Origin: Nostoc sp.
Lineage (GTDB): Bacteria > Cyanobacteriota > Cyanobacteriia > Cyanobacteriales > Nostocaceae
Length of the DNA: 64,000 nt
Assembly (NCBI GenBank): GCA_036918135.1
Contig: JBALDB010000020.1
Span: 1 to 64,000, forward strand
Reading direction: 5' to 3'
Part shown: positions 49,794 through 60,941 of the stretch, piece by piece
Numbering within the stretch: the stretch's first letter is position 1
Layout: each line of letters starts with the position of its first letter
Notes under the pieces: model-generated
Told to the model about the DNA's origin: nothing
The model's input: the letters and a program-made list of their open reading frames with translations, nothing else
The model's database searches: none
Translations under genes and position numbers: made by a program

Positions 49794-50946
49794 TATAGCA
49801 ATCCTAAATCATTTGTGAAAAATCACAGTTGTTGATATGGTAAAAGTTGGAAGTAATGATATGGTGCATGGCAGCAGTACAGATGGAAGAGTTGATAGAG
49901 TTCATTCAGGCGAACCCAGACCCCAGAGAACTAAAACGAGCACTAGCTGTACAAATGATGATACAAAACTATAAACATTCAACAATTGGAAATATTTTGG
50001 GAGTGTCTGTAGGTTTTGTAAACAAATGGAAATATATTTTTTTAGAACAGGGTGTCGTCGGACTGAAGCTGAGATATAAAGGCTCAAAAAGTTATCTTGA
50101 CCCTGCACAAAAAGAAATTGTATTAACCTGGCTTCAACAGAAGAATTATTGGCATTTATCAGAATTACAAGGGTATCTAGAAGATAATTTTGATGTAGTT
50201 TTTGAGTCGAATCAAAGCTATTACGACTTGTTTAAGCAGGCTAATATAAGTTGGAAGAAGACACAGAAAAGTAATCCCCGCAAAGACCCTGAAATAGTAG
50301 CAAAAAAAAACTAGAAATAGCAGCGTGGCTTTCTGCACACCAGCATCAGATAGTATCTGGGGAACTCGTAGTTTTTTTTGAAGATGAATGCCATCTGTTG
50401 TGGGGAGATATTTGTGGTTATATTTGGGGTAACACCAAGGAACGAATTGAAGTTCCAGTTCTCAATGAACGGCAACGACAAACTTATTTCGGCGCTCTAA
50501 ATTATTACACACAAGAGTTTTTAATTAAGCCTTGCAAAAAAGGTGATTCTAGCAATGCGTTAGCGAAGCGGGGCGGAACGCACGTCGCTTTCGTAGAATA
50601 TTTAATTTCTCAGTACCCAAAAAGCCGTATTGCTTTAATTTGGGATGGAGCTAGTTATCATCGCTCTGCTGAATTTAAAGCTTATCTAGATAATCTGAAT
50701 CAAGGCTTAAATGAAGACGAGTATCAAGTTACTTGTCTCTTATTTGCACCTAATGACCCAACGCAAAATCCTGTAGAGGATATCTGGTTGCACGCTAAAA
50801 ACTTTATTCGAGAGTTTTACCACTTATGTAAATCATTTTCTCATATCAAAAGATTATTTGAATTCGTTACTCATCATCAGTTTTTTAACTTTCCGAAAAT
50901 ATTTATGTATGGTTAATTTTTTCACAACTCATTTAGGATCGCTATA
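49794..50946 (+). mobile_element. IS630-family insertion sequence
   Basis: Terminal inverted repeats TATAGCAATCCTAAATCATTTGTGAAAAA / TTTTTCACAACTCATTTAGGATCGCTATA, including the TA target duplication. Contains HTH orfA and DDE orfB. Confidence 0.92.
49868..50916 (+). CDS. IS630 transposase, expressed via a -1 frameshift at an A9 run (50302-50310)
   Basis: orfA ends ...VAKKN*. The -1 frame continues KKKLEIAAWL...VFFEDECHLLWG...IWDGASYH...QNPVEDIW, giving a D-D-E triad. The exact start is uncertain. Confidence 0.85.
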
Positions 50947-51008
50947 GTTCTTCTAAACGTTCAGGTGATTGATTTTTTATTTGATATAAACTCGCGTGGA
51001 AAAACTTA

Positions 51009-51168
51009 CTAGAGAAGAGTGGAAATCCTGTAATCTTGGCTCGAATTACGCTCTCAATTGCAAAAACACCACAAAGCCAGAATTGAACAGTATCGATTTC
51101 GCACAGACCCCAAGGCTTACTTGGCTAATCTAGAAAGTCGTCTTCTCTAGTAAACTTTACCACACTAG
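51009..51168 (+). mobile_element. Possible internally deleted IS remnant bounded by CTAG
   Basis: CTAG at both ends. One frame reads WLELRSQLQKHHKARIEQYRFRTDPKAYLANLESRLL*, which resembles the C-terminus of a cyanobacterial transposase (from recall, not searched). Confidence 0.4.
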
Positions 51169-51240
51169 ACTTTAATTAGGCATTTGTTGAGTTCTAGCAA
51201 AACCAAAAATTATAAGTGATTAAATGTAAGTTTCTTAAGA

Positions 51241-52050
51241 TTAGGCTACCTCAAATGCACCGATGTCGACTTTAGAACCCAAGATGCGATTGAAACCAAC
51301 ACCCCGCTGGTCAAATGGTATTGGCTCAGTAGTATTACCGTCACCATCCAGATCTATAGTATCACGGGGTATATCTGCATTTTTGCCACTGTTGATGGCA
51401 GGGCTACCAGCGACTAGGGCATGGGTGTTGACCAAACCGCCGTTGTTTTGCAACTTCAGATCGAGAACCTTGGCGATCGCAACCTTTAGTTCTTCGCTAG
51501 CATAAAAGCCTGTACTGCCACTGCAGCGGCCAATCAGGTTATAGCCGTTGCTGGTGAAATTACCTACAACATCGGGGTTGATGGGGTTAGTTGCAGACTT
51601 GTTATTGCCAGCAATGATGCTGTTTTTAATCTTGGCGGTACCGTTGTTGATGATGCCACCACCGTTATCGGCAGTGTTGCCAATAATCTTGTTGTTGCCT
51701 AAGGTGAGGACACCACTATTATAAATAGCACCGCCGCCTCCTAATTGGTCGTAGCTATTGGTAATAGTCAGTCCGTTGATGGCAGCAGTAACACCAGTAC
51801 TAATATCAAAAATACGAGAAGCACTGTTTTTACCAATAGTTAGTAAGCTTGGGCCTGTACCTTCAATCGTGAGGTTATCTGTGATGGTGAGACTACTGCC
51901 AGTCAAACTAATGGTATCTGCAATGTTATCTGTAAATAGCCCACCAAACTTGATAATGTCTCTTCCTGTAAGGGCATTGGCATCTAGAATTGCCTGCCGC
52001 AGTGAACCAGCACCGCTGTTGTTGGTGTTAGTGACGGTAAATGTAGGCAT
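51241..52050 (-). CDS. Secreted beta-helix/adhesin-like protein with a choice-of-anchor Q-like C-terminus
   Basis: TFTVTNTNNSGAGSLRQAILDAN start, GGGGAIYN/GGGIIN repeats, LQNNGG..THAL..GSPAINSG...DQRG...VDIGAFE. Confidence 0.8.
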   Translation of the reverse strand: MPTFTVTNTNNSGAGSLRQAILDANALTGRDIIKFGGLFTDNIADTISLTGSSLTITDNLTIEGTGPSLLTIGKNSASRIFDISTGVTAAINGLTITNSYDQLGGGGAIYNSGVLTLGNNKIIGNTADNGGGIINNGTAKIKNSIIAGNNKSATNPINPDVVGNFTSNGYNLIGRCSGSTGFYASEELKVAIAKVLDLKLQNNGGLVNTHALVAGSPAINSGKNADIPRDTIDLDGDGNTTEPIPFDQRGVGFNRILGSKVDIGAFEVA

Positions 52051-52689
52051 TTAAATGACTCCTGTTTTCGATCGGGTGTATGAAATTGCGCTCAAGGCTA
52101 GTGCTTGCTACCACTCTTAAGTCTTTTTTGTGTTACTCACTGAGTACTCCAAAGTGAGTTTTGTTAAAATGCGTCAATTGTGACGCTGCTACAAACAGCG
52201 CTGTATTATTTGTGCCAAAAAGCGATCTGTTGAGTTCTAGTAAAACCCGAAATAGAGTTAAACTTTGCTATTACTCAAGACAAATTATTGATTCTCTTAG
52301 CCAAATCTTTAGGGAGTTACTCTCCAACAATATGGAAAATTATAGAAACAAGCTTAAAATCAAAAAGCTTATTAGCATTTAGTATATACAAATACGAAAT
52401 TCTCATTTAAAATTTATTGAGAGTTTATTTTTATTTCATTTTGGAGAAGATTCCGTAAAGATACTGTAAATTAATTCTTGAGAAGTAACCTATATTAATC
52501 CTATTTGAGTTGTTAAAAATATCACCTTTTGTCTGCTAAATCAATACATTTTTACTATAATAAATATATAGCGTTCACCAATCCTAGTTAAGTGTAAAGC
52601 TTCTGTGTGAGAGCCTTTGAGAAAATGGATTCCGGGGTTCGTTTTATGCTTAAACATTAAATTCTTGAACCTTAGAGGAAAATTATTAG

Positions 52690-53061
52690 ATGATCCAACT
52701 GAGTCATTATCCAGCTGCGATCGCTCAAGCTGCCCAACGGGCTAACGAAATAGACTCTCAGTTGATGGCAGTGCAGCACCAAATTAACCGATTTGAAGGC
52801 AATGCAGATCGTGTCGCCGCTTTTGAAATGGATTTGAAAAATGATGCTCAACGCAAGGCGCGGCGTTTTGAAGTGCTGCTTGTGAATCAGGAATATCAAA
52901 AGGCGATGGATACTTTAATTCGCTTGACTGGGGAAAAGGCAAATGCCATCGGTCATTTGGAATATCTGCGTAACCAGTTTAGTGTAGCAAAGTTGGAAGC
53001 CAGATTAGCGATCGCTCAACAACTTACTGATTTTGAGTCTCGTGAATTAGTCGGTTTGTAG
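52690..53061 (+). CDS. Hypothetical helical protein
   Basis: 123-aa ORF with an AGAGGA RBS and coiled-coil-like composition. Confidence 0.7.
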   Translation: MIQLSHYPAAIAQAAQRANEIDSQLMAVQHQINRFEGNADRVAAFEMDLKNDAQRKARRFEVLLVNQEYQKAMDTLIRLTGEKANAIGHLEYLRNQFSVAKLEARLAIAQQLTDFESRELVGL

Positions 53062-53254
53062 TCACACCTATAAACTCTAAATTTTCAGCCAGGGCGTTGG
53101 ATAGTTGAAGTATAAATTATGCGAGCGCGGATTTCAATTCTTTTTAGTCAGCTCGAGCTTTATAAGAATCTCTAGACTGACGACCACAATACACACATAT
53201 ATCATTCGCTCGAATTTAGATTACAATTATCTAACGCCACGAACCGTAGTTTGA

Positions 53255-55225
53255 TTAGATAACTGCTAAATTAGTCAAGTTACCTTTATAGCCACTAATC
53301 TCAATAACGGCATCAGTGAGAGCAGAGAATCCATTAGTGTTATCATTGAGTGCCAGAAAAGTTTGCTGATGATTGCCTGTACCCAGGGTAAAAGTTGCCG
53401 CAGCTTTAGCCACAAAAGCAGTTGCAGTTAATATCTGCTGTACATCGGAGAGATTTAAACTCGCAACAGTGCCAAGTTGAACTAAATTAGCAGCACTAAC
53501 TGCATACAGCCCATCAATTTTATCTTCACCAATTTTTAAGTCAGTAATTCTATCAAAGCTAGATAACAGCGAATCACTTAGACTGTTGAACACAAATTTG
53601 TCAGCGCCACAACCGCCTGTGAGAATATCACGCCCAGCGCCACCGTTGAGGATGTCATTACCTTTATCACCAACTAGTTTGTCATTTCCGGCTAATCCAA
53701 ACAGTTTATCATCACCGTTTTTGCCGGAAATTTTATCATTACCAGCCCCACCAGTAAGTTTATCTACACCATTACCACCGTTTAAGGTTTTATCAGGTAC
53801 GCTTCCTTGCGTAGTAGTCTTGCTCATGAGTTGACCATTGGGATTATATAAATGAGTAGCAACTGCATCTGTAGTGCCATTCCTATTGTTATCAATATCT
53901 GCGGTAATTAATTTACCATTGGCATCGTAGTTATAAGTGGTAATTTCGTCAGCAATGCCATCATTATTGAGGTCGGCTAGCTGTGCAGCTAGTCTGTTGT
54001 TAACATCATAGCTGTAAGCAGTCACTTGATCGAAGATACCATCATTATTGTTGTCAATCTTTTGTGAAATCAGCTTGCCACTCAAATCGTAGCTGTAGAT
54101 ACCAACCGCATCAGTTACACCGTCGTTGTTGAAGTCATAGCTGGCGGATGCGCGTCCATAAGTATAGGTTTTGACATCATCACCTATACCGTCGCCGTTA
54201 ATGTCAGTGCTAGAGGATGTCTGGTTGCCATTGGCGTCATAAGTATAGGTTGTGACACGATCAATTATGCCGTCGCCGTCGTAGTCATAGCTTAGGGATG
54301 TCTGGTTACCACTGGTATCATAAGTATACGTGATAACTAGATCGACTATACCGTCGCCGTTGTCGTCATTGCTTTGGGATGTCTCGTTACCGTTAGCATC
54401 ATAAGTAAGGGTAAAGATCTCATCAACTATGCCGTCATTGTTCTTATCAATGCTAGAAGATGTCTCATTACCATTGGCGTCATAAGTAGAGGTTGCAACC
54501 TCATCAACTATACCGTCGCCGTTGAAGTCATAGCTAGAGGATATCACGTTACCATTAGCGTCATAAGTAGAGGTTGCGACATTATCAACTATACCGTCGC
54601 CGTTGAAGTCATAGCTAACGGATGTCTGGTTACCATTGGCGTCATAAGTATAGGTTGTGACACTATCAAATATACCGTCGCCGTTTAAGTCTTCGCTAAA
54701 GGATGTCTGGTTACCATTGGTATCATAAGTATACGTCAAAACTTGATCGGCTATACCATCATTTTTGTCATCATAGCTTTGAGATGTCTCGTTACCATTG
54801 ACATCATAAGTAAAGGTAAAAACACCATCAACTATGCCGTCGCCGTTGTAGTCATGGCTAGAGGATGTCAGCTTACCATTGACATCATAAATAGAGGTTC
54901 GGACATCATCAACTATGCCGTCGCCGTTGTAGTCAGTGCTATTAAATGTCTCGTTGCCGTTAGCATCATAAGTAGCGGTAAAGACATAATCAACTATGCC
55001 GTCACTGTTGTCATCACGGATAGCAGATGTCTCGTTACCATTGACATCATAAGTAGCAGTTAGAACTCTATCAACTATGCCGTCGCCGTTGTCGTCAGTG
55101 CTACTAAATGTCTGGTTATAGCGATAGGTAATAACTGAGTCTATTATCCCATCACTATTATTATCTATCTTTTCAGATATTATATTGCCAGCAGCATCGT
55201 AAGTGTAAGTTGTAGTTGAGGTCAT
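53255..55225 (-). CDS. Secreted Ca-binding repeat protein: about 17 27-aa YD/DxNGDG repeats, RTX nonapeptides and a bluetail-like C-terminus
   Basis: Repeat TYDANGNxTSxSxDxNGDGIVDxVxTx, GGxGxDxLx RTX repeats, and a TFLALND..GF...DAVIEISG tail. Confidence 0.85.
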   Translation of the reverse strand: MTSTTTYTYDAAGNIISEKIDNNSDGIIDSVITYRYNQTFSSTDDNGDGIVDRVLTATYDVNGNETSAIRDDNSDGIVDYVFTATYDANGNETFNSTDYNGDGIVDDVRTSIYDVNGKLTSSSHDYNGDGIVDGVFTFTYDVNGNETSQSYDDKNDGIADQVLTYTYDTNGNQTSFSEDLNGDGIFDSVTTYTYDANGNQTSVSYDFNGDGIVDNVATSTYDANGNVISSSYDFNGDGIVDEVATSTYDANGNETSSSIDKNNDGIVDEIFTLTYDANGNETSQSNDDNGDGIVDLVITYTYDTSGNQTSLSYDYDGDGIIDRVTTYTYDANGNQTSSSTDINGDGIGDDVKTYTYGRASASYDFNNDGVTDAVGIYSYDLSGKLISQKIDNNNDGIFDQVTAYSYDVNNRLAAQLADLNNDGIADEITTYNYDANGKLITADIDNNRNGTTDAVATHLYNPNGQLMSKTTTQGSVPDKTLNGGNGVDKLTGGAGNDKISGKNGDDKLFGLAGNDKLVGDKGNDILNGGAGRDILTGGCGADKFVFNSLSDSLLSSFDRITDLKIGEDKIDGLYAVSAANLVQLGTVASLNLSDVQQILTATAFVAKAAATFTLGTGNHQQTFLALNDNTNGFSALTDAVIEISGYKGNLTNLAVI

Positions 55226-55637
55226 AATATTTACGCTCCTTATCTGTTAAATTGCAGTTTCCTATTGCAATGTGTTTTAATAACACAGCCCTAGATGTTG
55301 AAAAATCTTTTTATCTACTAAATCTGGGTAGTTGAAAGTCGTAGTAGATTCTTATATGTATTTTTACTGTATCATTCGTCTAGATGACGATACAATATAA
55401 TACAAAAGTTTTTCTAGTCAGTGTTATTGATTATATAATTGATGTGATATGGATCATTACGCACTTGAGTAACTTGGTGTAAAACCTCACAGAAGTGCAA
55501 AGTTTTTGAATTTGATTTGCTACTAACTTGTGCAAGGCTAGACTCACTCTAAATCAGGAAAACCTCTATTCCAAAAGGTCACAAAGATATTTTCAGAAAA
55601 TCAGATAAAAACTTTGTACAATTAGAGTCGATAACTC

Positions 55638-55757
55638 ATATCATGTCCGTTCAAACAAGCCTCATTGCAAGCGTAGGGAAGCAATCGCGGAAATGTTGTA
55701 ATTGATGTCGTTTCAATCGCTCTGGACATATTACGGGTGATTTGCCGGACATGATAT
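55638..55757. mobile_element. MITE-like element
   Basis: Perfect 12-bp terminal inverted repeats ATATCATGTCCG / CGGACATGATAT, 120 bp, non-coding. Confidence 0.65.
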
Positions 55758-55878
55758 CATTTCTGAAGATGCCCTATAATAATGTGAAAAATTAGGATTA
55801 GATGATTAGTAGACATCCCAAAAAAGAATGTAGAGATATAGCACTCCTTTATCTATAAGAGTTGTAGATAACATACAT

Positions 55879-57033
55879 TTAATTTATGGAGCTGTCTAGC
55901 ACTGATTTGAGTAATCGGGCAATTTGCCGATTAATAGTTGCGATATCAAAACGCTCACTAGCAGTAATCTTGGCATTATTAGCTATACTTGCAGTTATCT
56001 CTGTTTCCTGTAAACAAGTAGTAATTACTTGTGCAAGTTCTTGGGGTTCTCCTGGTGTAACTAAAAAACCATTAAGTCCGTGTTCTATTAATTCCATTGC
56101 ACCCCCAGCTTTTGCTGCAACGACAGGTTTACCACATAGCATCGCCTCAACAATGACTCTACCAAAGGGTTCTGGGGACGTGGAGGTATGTGCTACTAAG
56201 TCACAAGCTGCCATTAATTGGGGAATATCGGAACGAAATCCTAAAAATTTGACGCGGTTTTCTAGCCCCAATTCAGTAACTTGTTGGTGTAACTGTTGAA
56301 CGTAATCTTGTTCGCCAAATAGTGCATCACCGACTAAAATTGCTGTGACTTCTTGCGGAGATTGGACAAGCGCAGCAATTAAAATATGCTGTCCTTTCCA
56401 AGGTGCAAGACGGCTAAAGTGTCCAACTACAAACTTTCCTTCTAATTCTAAGTGTTGCTGCAATTTATTAATGTCAGACTGATGATTTTGAGAAATTTTT
56501 GGTTCAAATCCGTTATAAACAACTTCAATGATGTCTTTACGTCCTCCTGCTTGGATAAAAGCTGTTTTACTAGCTTGAGAATTAGCAATTACTAATGATG
56601 CAAAATGATTAGCTAAGTTAACAGCAACATGAATATTAGTTTGGCTAAAATGTTCTTGGGAAAGAATATCATGTAAATGATAAACCAGAGGACGATGACT
56701 CAAAAAACTCGCTATTGCTCCCACAACTAATGCTTTTTGGGTGTTAGCGTAGATTAAATCGTATTCACGCGCTTTTTTAACTACTTTAGTAATTAAAGGT
56801 ATAAGTTGTCCCAAACTCTTTAATCCTTGGATTATACTGCTTTCTTTATGAACTCGAATCGCTTGATTTGTAAGAACTTCTACTGGAATACTATTTTGCT
56901 GTAGTAAATGTTTAAACGCTCCATCTGCAAATAAACCTACCAAAGCATCATGTCGATAGAGTTTAGCAATATCTATTAAACACAATTCTGCACCACCTGG
57001 TTTACCACTTTGGTCTAAAAAAAGAATTTTCAT
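55879..57033 (-). CDS. Glycosyltransferase family 4 (GT-B)
   Basis: GGAELCL, RLAPWKGQ, EPFGRVIVEAM (EX7E). Confidence 0.9.
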   Translation of the reverse strand: MKILFLDQSGKPGGAELCLIDIAKLYRHDALVGLFADGAFKHLLQQNSIPVEVLTNQAIRVHKESSIIQGLKSLGQLIPLITKVVKKAREYDLIYANTQKALVVGAIASFLSHRPLVYHLHDILSQEHFSQTNIHVAVNLANHFASLVIANSQASKTAFIQAGGRKDIIEVVYNGFEPKISQNHQSDINKLQQHLELEGKFVVGHFSRLAPWKGQHILIAALVQSPQEVTAILVGDALFGEQDYVQQLHQQVTELGLENRVKFLGFRSDIPQLMAACDLVAHTSTSPEPFGRVIVEAMLCGKPVVAAKAGGAMELIEHGLNGFLVTPGEPQELAQVITTCLQETEITASIANNAKITASERFDIATINRQIARLLKSVLDSSIN

Positions 57034-57070
57034 AAAACTTATATTTTTTCAGATAATTTTATTCATGCTG

Positions 57071-58237
57071 CTACTGTAATAGAACATTCCGTACTTGCTG
57101 GGCAATTTCATTCCAGTCATAGTGTGTAGTGGCATACTGGCGACAGGCTACTCGTGATGGAATGTAAATATTTCCTAGTAGTATTTGTTCTAACTTTTCA
57201 GCAATAGCTGATGCATTAGTAGAAGTAGTAATTAAATCAGGTGAAAACTCTGCTAAAATTTCTGGCATTCCCCCAACAGGAGTACATAAAACTGGAGTAC
57301 CACAAGCTAGAGATTCGATGATTACTAATCCAAAACCTTCAAAAGATTGACTAGGCATAACAGTTAATTCAGCAGCTTGGTAAGCTATGGGTAATTGCTC
57401 ATCAGGTAAAAAATCCAAAAATTTAACGTTATCCTCTAGTCCTAATTCTGTAGCCTGTTGTTGTAGTGCAGCTTGGATGTGACCGCGACCAGCGATCGCT
57501 AGCCAAATATCTGGTATTCTAGGCTTAATTATAGCGAGCGCTTGTAATAATTTGTCAACCCCAGTTCGATGTACTAAGCGGCGTGATGTAAATAGAATCC
57601 GACGATTATTAGGCCAGCCTAATTGTCTACAAGCTTCTTGAGGTAATAAATTTGGTTGAAATGAGTTAATATCAACTCCACCAGGAATAACATTAATTTT
57701 ATTCCACGGTACTTGATATTTTTGATGTAAAATATTGCCAAATGCTTTGCTGAGAACAATAAAGCGATCGCAGCGATTATAAGTCGTTTGTTCTATCAGC
57801 CGATGCTTTATTGTCAGACTAAGATTTTTATTAACCACTTCCTGCTTACTCTCGAAAGCCCAAGGGCCATGAAAGTTAAAAGTAACTGGTACTCCCTTGG
57901 GTAAAATATCTAAAAGAGGAAAGCTGTATAATGCAAAGTGCAGATTAATTGCATCTGGTTTAGTTGTTCTAGTTTTCTGAAAGTTTCTGCGAATTGACCA
58001 TAATCTTTGACAAATATTAGTATCAACAGACGCTAAGTTAGTCAGCTTAATTGGGCAATTTAGGTCAGCCTGTGGTAAACCAACTCCGCATAATTCAATC
58101 CGGTCTTGTACTGCTAATTTATGAGTTAGTTCATAAATATACCTTTCTAATCCTCCGGGATTTTTCGGAAACCAACCTAATCCCAAGGTGAGAATAGATG
58201 CAGATGTAGAAGTAAAATTTTCTTTTTTATTTTCCAC
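57071..58237 (-). CDS. Glycosyltransferase family 4 (GT-B)
   Basis: GGLERY, EGFGLVIIESLACGTPV (EX7E). Confidence 0.9.
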   Translation of the reverse strand: MENKKENFTSTSASILTLGLGWFPKNPGGLERYIYELTHKLAVQDRIELCGVGLPQADLNCPIKLTNLASVDTNICQRLWSIRRNFQKTRTTKPDAINLHFALYSFPLLDILPKGVPVTFNFHGPWAFESKQEVVNKNLSLTIKHRLIEQTTYNRCDRFIVLSKAFGNILHQKYQVPWNKINVIPGGVDINSFQPNLLPQEACRQLGWPNNRRILFTSRRLVHRTGVDKLLQALAIIKPRIPDIWLAIAGRGHIQAALQQQATELGLEDNVKFLDFLPDEQLPIAYQAAELTVMPSQSFEGFGLVIIESLACGTPVLCTPVGGMPEILAEFSPDLITTSTNASAIAEKLEQILLGNIYIPSRVACRQYATTHYDWNEIAQQVRNVLLQ

Positions 58238-58721
58238 AGATACTTTTCCTATAAATGTCTTTAAACAAGATATACATTTTAAATAAGAGTTTATTAGAGA
58301 ACACCAATTTATAAACTATTTATATCTTTTCGTCAACAAGCAATTTAATTATGTGTTTTAATTAACTAAATTACACTGATGATAAATCTGATACCTGTTA
58401 TTTAGACAAGATAAATCCTAAATAGTAAAAGTAAAAAGCCACTATAAATTAATCAATACTTTAAAATTTAGTATTCAATTTTACTATTTTTTAAATTAAG
58501 AGTAATTATTAATACCTTGATGATTTTTCAGACAGATATTATCTGTATTTTTAACAATTCAAACTAGTTAGTTTTTTTGGCTGATTTGCAAAAAAATGAT
58601 TGTATATACAGTTATTCTATTTAGATTGGGAACATAGATTAGAAAAATATCATGTATAGACGCTTGTGGTGCATCTGAATGGCAAAAAATAGGATTTTTG
58701 TAAAAAATTAAATAAATTTAC

Positions 58722-60941
58722 ATGAAAAATCAATTAATGATGCAGTTAAAGAGACTCTATCAAGGGTTAAAGCAGCAAATTCAGAAGTTATCTAATTTTA
58801 GATATTTGCAAAGAAATAAAGTTTTTAAATTTTTACTCAGTTTAATTGTAGGAGTGGTAGTTACTACCATCGGCATTACAACAGATTGGGCGATAACTGG
58901 AACATCCATACTCACTTATAAAACGTCATGGATAGGTAATAGTATTGGTAGTGGAAATCTGCGGATACAAAATAATATAGAAGCAATGTATGTTGCCCCT
59001 GATGGTACAGTGTATACGAATAGCCATTGGGATGAGGCGGCAACAGAAGCGGGAATATATAAGGATGGTAAAATTATTGGTGCTGTTGGTGATACTCACG
59101 GTTGGGGGCGTGGTGGTGGCAAAGCTGTAACAGCAAATAGTAAATATATTTATATTGCCATGTCTCAAGGAGCGACAGGCAATACAAAAGAAGATTACCC
59201 AACAGAAGGAATAGCTTGGCACTGCGTTAGACGCTATGATTTGTCAGGAAAACCTGCACCGTTTCCTGAAGGACGTGGGTGGGATAAAAGTATGTTAATT
59301 ATCAGTACTAAAAGCGAAGTTGCTGGATTAGCAATTGGAGGAAGTGAGTTATATGTAAGTGATTTTGCTGCTAACCAAATTCGGGTTTATGATACTGAGA
59401 CAATGAAGGAGCTTCGCAGCTTTAGTGTTGCTAATCCAGGAGCAATAACTATTGATAAACAAAAAAATCTCTGGATTATTCAAAATAAAAATGGTAGTAA
59501 TCCGGCAAAGATTTTACATTATTCCGCAACTGGAAAGCAATTGCCCCAACAGATTGCAGATATCACCGAACCAACAGCGATCGCCATCGATTCTCAAGGT
59601 AAGCTGTTAGTAGCAGAAAATGGTTCGCGTCAGCAAATCTTAATTTATGAGATTAAAGAGCAGCCGATAAAAGTAGGTAGTTTTGGCTGTAAAGGCGGTA
59701 TCTATGGAGGTATTCCTGGTGAAGTTCGAGATTTGAAACTTTACGGACTTACCGGAGTTGGTACAGATGCATCAGGTAATATTTATATAAACAGTAATGG
59801 TTTCAACAAATCAGGAACAGATTTGCGTAAATTTGCGCCATCAGGTAAACTACTGTGGCGATCGCTAGGTTTAATATTTGTCGATAATGCAGATGCCGAT
59901 CCGAAGACTGATGGTATAGATTTATTCACCAAACAAGAACAATATCAGATGGATTATAGTAAGTCTGCTGGTAAGCAATGGACTTACAAAGCCTATACTT
60001 TAAATCCTTTTAAATATCCTCAAGATCCACGTTTGCATACATCGGCTGATGGAACATTTGTGCGCCGCATTCAAGGCAAGCCGTTTTTGTTCCTCACAGA
60101 CATGTATAGCAGCTTTCTTTTAATATATCGTTTCAATCCAGCTACAGATGGTAAAATTGCCATCCCAGCCGGCATGTTTGTTGGCACTAATACAGATAAA
60201 AAATTTCTTGCAGGAAATTGGCCGCCACAGCAACCAGAAAAGGGAGAATGGATCTGGCGGGACAGCAATGGCAATGGCAGATTTGAAAAGAACGAATATG
60301 ATACCAGTAAAGATTATCCTTATCTCGGTGGCTGGTGGGTAGACAGCAAAGGAGATGTTTGGAAAGCTTTGCGAACTCAAGATGGTACTGCTATCCGACA
60401 TTATCCTTTAAAGGGAATAGATGCTAAAGGTAACCCCATCTACAGCTACAGCTCGATGGAAAAGCAAACTACTCCTAAGATATTTAACGATTTGCGGCGC
60501 ATTGAATATTTTCCCCAAACAGATACGATGTATTTGTCAGGCTTCACAGTAGACCGCCCTGCATCCGGTGATGATACCGGAGTTGTGGGATCTGAGATTG
60601 CGCGTTTTGACAATTGGAGTAAAGGAAATCGCACTCCCCGGTGGCGAACTGTGATTCCCTATGACACCACCGGCAAACGCGAAGTTTCTACAGCTGCGAT
60701 GAGTGTGGCGGGAGATTATGTCTTCGCTGTCACAGTTAAAACCGCTGAGGTATATGTCTACAATGCAACCACAGGAGTGGAAGTACAAAAGTTAAAACCA
60801 GGGCCAGAAGTTGGCAGTGAAAGTGGTTGGATTGATATACCCTACGGTATCCGCGCTTTTCGGCGTTCCAATGGTGAATATTTGGTATTTGTGGAAGAAA
60901 ATTGGAAAGGAAAAGTAATTATGTATCGACTCACAAGGTAA
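58722..60941 (+). CDS. Membrane-anchored NHL/beta-propeller repeat protein
   Basis: N-terminal TM helix, and repeats such as PGAITIDKQKNLWI, PTAIAIDSQGKLLVAE, GVGTDASGNIYI. Confidence 0.75.
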   Translation: MKNQLMMQLKRLYQGLKQQIQKLSNFRYLQRNKVFKFLLSLIVGVVVTTIGITTDWAITGTSILTYKTSWIGNSIGSGNLRIQNNIEAMYVAPDGTVYTNSHWDEAATEAGIYKDGKIIGAVGDTHGWGRGGGKAVTANSKYIYIAMSQGATGNTKEDYPTEGIAWHCVRRYDLSGKPAPFPEGRGWDKSMLIISTKSEVAGLAIGGSELYVSDFAANQIRVYDTETMKELRSFSVANPGAITIDKQKNLWIIQNKNGSNPAKILHYSATGKQLPQQIADITEPTAIAIDSQGKLLVAENGSRQQILIYEIKEQPIKVGSFGCKGGIYGGIPGEVRDLKLYGLTGVGTDASGNIYINSNGFNKSGTDLRKFAPSGKLLWRSLGLIFVDNADADPKTDGIDLFTKQEQYQMDYSKSAGKQWTYKAYTLNPFKYPQDPRLHTSADGTFVRRIQGKPFLFLTDMYSSFLLIYRFNPATDGKIAIPAGMFVGTNTDKKFLAGNWPPQQPEKGEWIWRDSNGNGRFEKNEYDTSKDYPYLGGWWVDSKGDVWKALRTQDGTAIRHYPLKGIDAKGNPIYSYSSMEKQTTPKIFNDLRRIEYFPQTDTMYLSGFTVDRPASGDDTGVVGSEIARFDNWSKGNRTPRWRTVIPYDTTGKREVSTAAMSVAGDYVFAVTVKTAEVYVYNATTGVEVQKLKPGPEVGSESGWIDIPYGIRAFRRSNGEYLVFVEENWKGKVIMYRLTR

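Noticed and set aside
53255..55225. RHS polymorphic toxin
   Set aside because: There is no RHS core with a DPxG cleavage motif, no toxin tip and no immunity gene. The C-terminus is RTX/bluetail-like.
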